A program made the translations under genes and the position numbers. From a virus, in the IMG/VR virus record IMGVR_UViG_3300024265_000045, positions 1 to 64,000 of that record: a stretch of 64,000 bases of DNA, one strand, 5' to 3'. The notes under the pieces were generated by a model that saw only the letters and a program-made list of their open reading frames with translations, had not been told where the DNA came from and made no database searches. Positions 63,565-64,000 of this stretch are shown here, in pieces. Positions within the stretch are counted from its first letter, which is position 1, and each line of letters begins with the position of its first letter.

Positions 63565-63731
63565 CTTTTCCTATCCATTGCTTGAGAAACATTAGCGAAT
63601 AGCATAAGGAAAACGGCAACAAGCAGAAAAGCCCACCATGAAGATTTGTCATGGTAGGTAAGGAATCCTGCCCACATAATACAGCAGATACTAGGAAGTA
63701 GTCGTATCGTCGTTTTTATTATCTCTTTCAT
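63561..63731 (-). CDS. Small two-TM membrane protein
   Basis: Probable start MKEIIK after GGAG; two hydrophobic segments. Confidence 0.55.
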   Translation of the reverse strand: MKEIIKTTIRLLPSICCIMWAGFLTYHDKSSWWAFLLVAVFLMLFANVSQAMDRKR

Positions 63732-63933
63732 CTTTATCTCCTTCGTCGTATATTGAGTCCATAATTTGAACAATACGACTGATAACTAAGTTCATGAAAT
63801 TTTGATCCATAGTAACATTGATCGGAATTCCTTCCATCCAATTTATACCTTCATATATTATTTTTAGATGTTCAATCCCAGCAGCGTCTTTATACCTTAC
63901 AGTCTCTACAGGATCAAAATTGTATGCTTTCAT
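63691..63933 (-). CDS. Hypothetical protein
   Basis: AAGGAG RBS. Confidence 0.6.
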   Translation of the reverse strand: MKAYNFDPVETVRYKDAAGIEHLKIIYEGINWMEGIPINVTMDQNFMNLVISRIVQIMDSIYDEGDKDERDNKNDDTTTS

Positions 63934-64000
63934 CTTAAAATCTCCTTATAAAATATATCGATATCTGAATTGATTGAAATTATTGTTCCAACAAGTTGTA

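Noticed and set aside
1-64000. Stop-codon reassignment, tRNAs, introns/inteins, integrase
   Set aside because: Core genes are intact in code 11 and end in TAA, TAG and TGA; no cloverleaf, splicing or recombinase motifs were recognised by eye. tRNAscan and HMM searches would confirm.

Overview
The window is a large part (possibly most) of a tailed dsDNA phage genome with siphovirus-type architecture, read in the standard genetic code. No integrase, repressor, tRNA, CRISPR array or reverse transcriptase is visible. On the minus strand, 1-11154 is a replication/nucleotide-metabolism block: AEP primase (truncated by the window edge), PolA, a divergent ThyX, dUTPase/MazG-HAD fusion, flavoprotein, RuvC-like resolvase, DUF669 SSB, Sak4-like ATPase, PD-(D/E)XK nuclease and SNF2 helicase. 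Minus-strand 11319-38652 is the lysis, tail, head and packaging block, with glycosyltransferases inside the head module. Plus-strand 38800-61513 holds about 70 mostly small early/middle genes and a dense non-coding regulatory layer. Minus-strand 61515-63933 has glycan-modification-like genes. The most notable signals are: (1) five ~59-nt covarying RNA hairpins placed exactly between stop codon and next RBS in the early region; (2) nine promoters with TTTAC-N6-TTTAY 11-bp direct repeats at a fixed 27-28 bp from the -10 box; (3) phased arrays of TCRYRTAYGA boxes upstream of those promoters; (4) a 265-bp branched inverted repeat, a candidate origin or ncRNA; (5) a candidate novel pyrimidine-modification cluster built around an atypical ThyX; (6) a virion-glycosylation set, including a GT2 fused to a protein with its own internal start; (7) a +1 rather than -1 tail-chaperone frameshift. 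All family assignments are from motif recognition by eye; no database searches were run.
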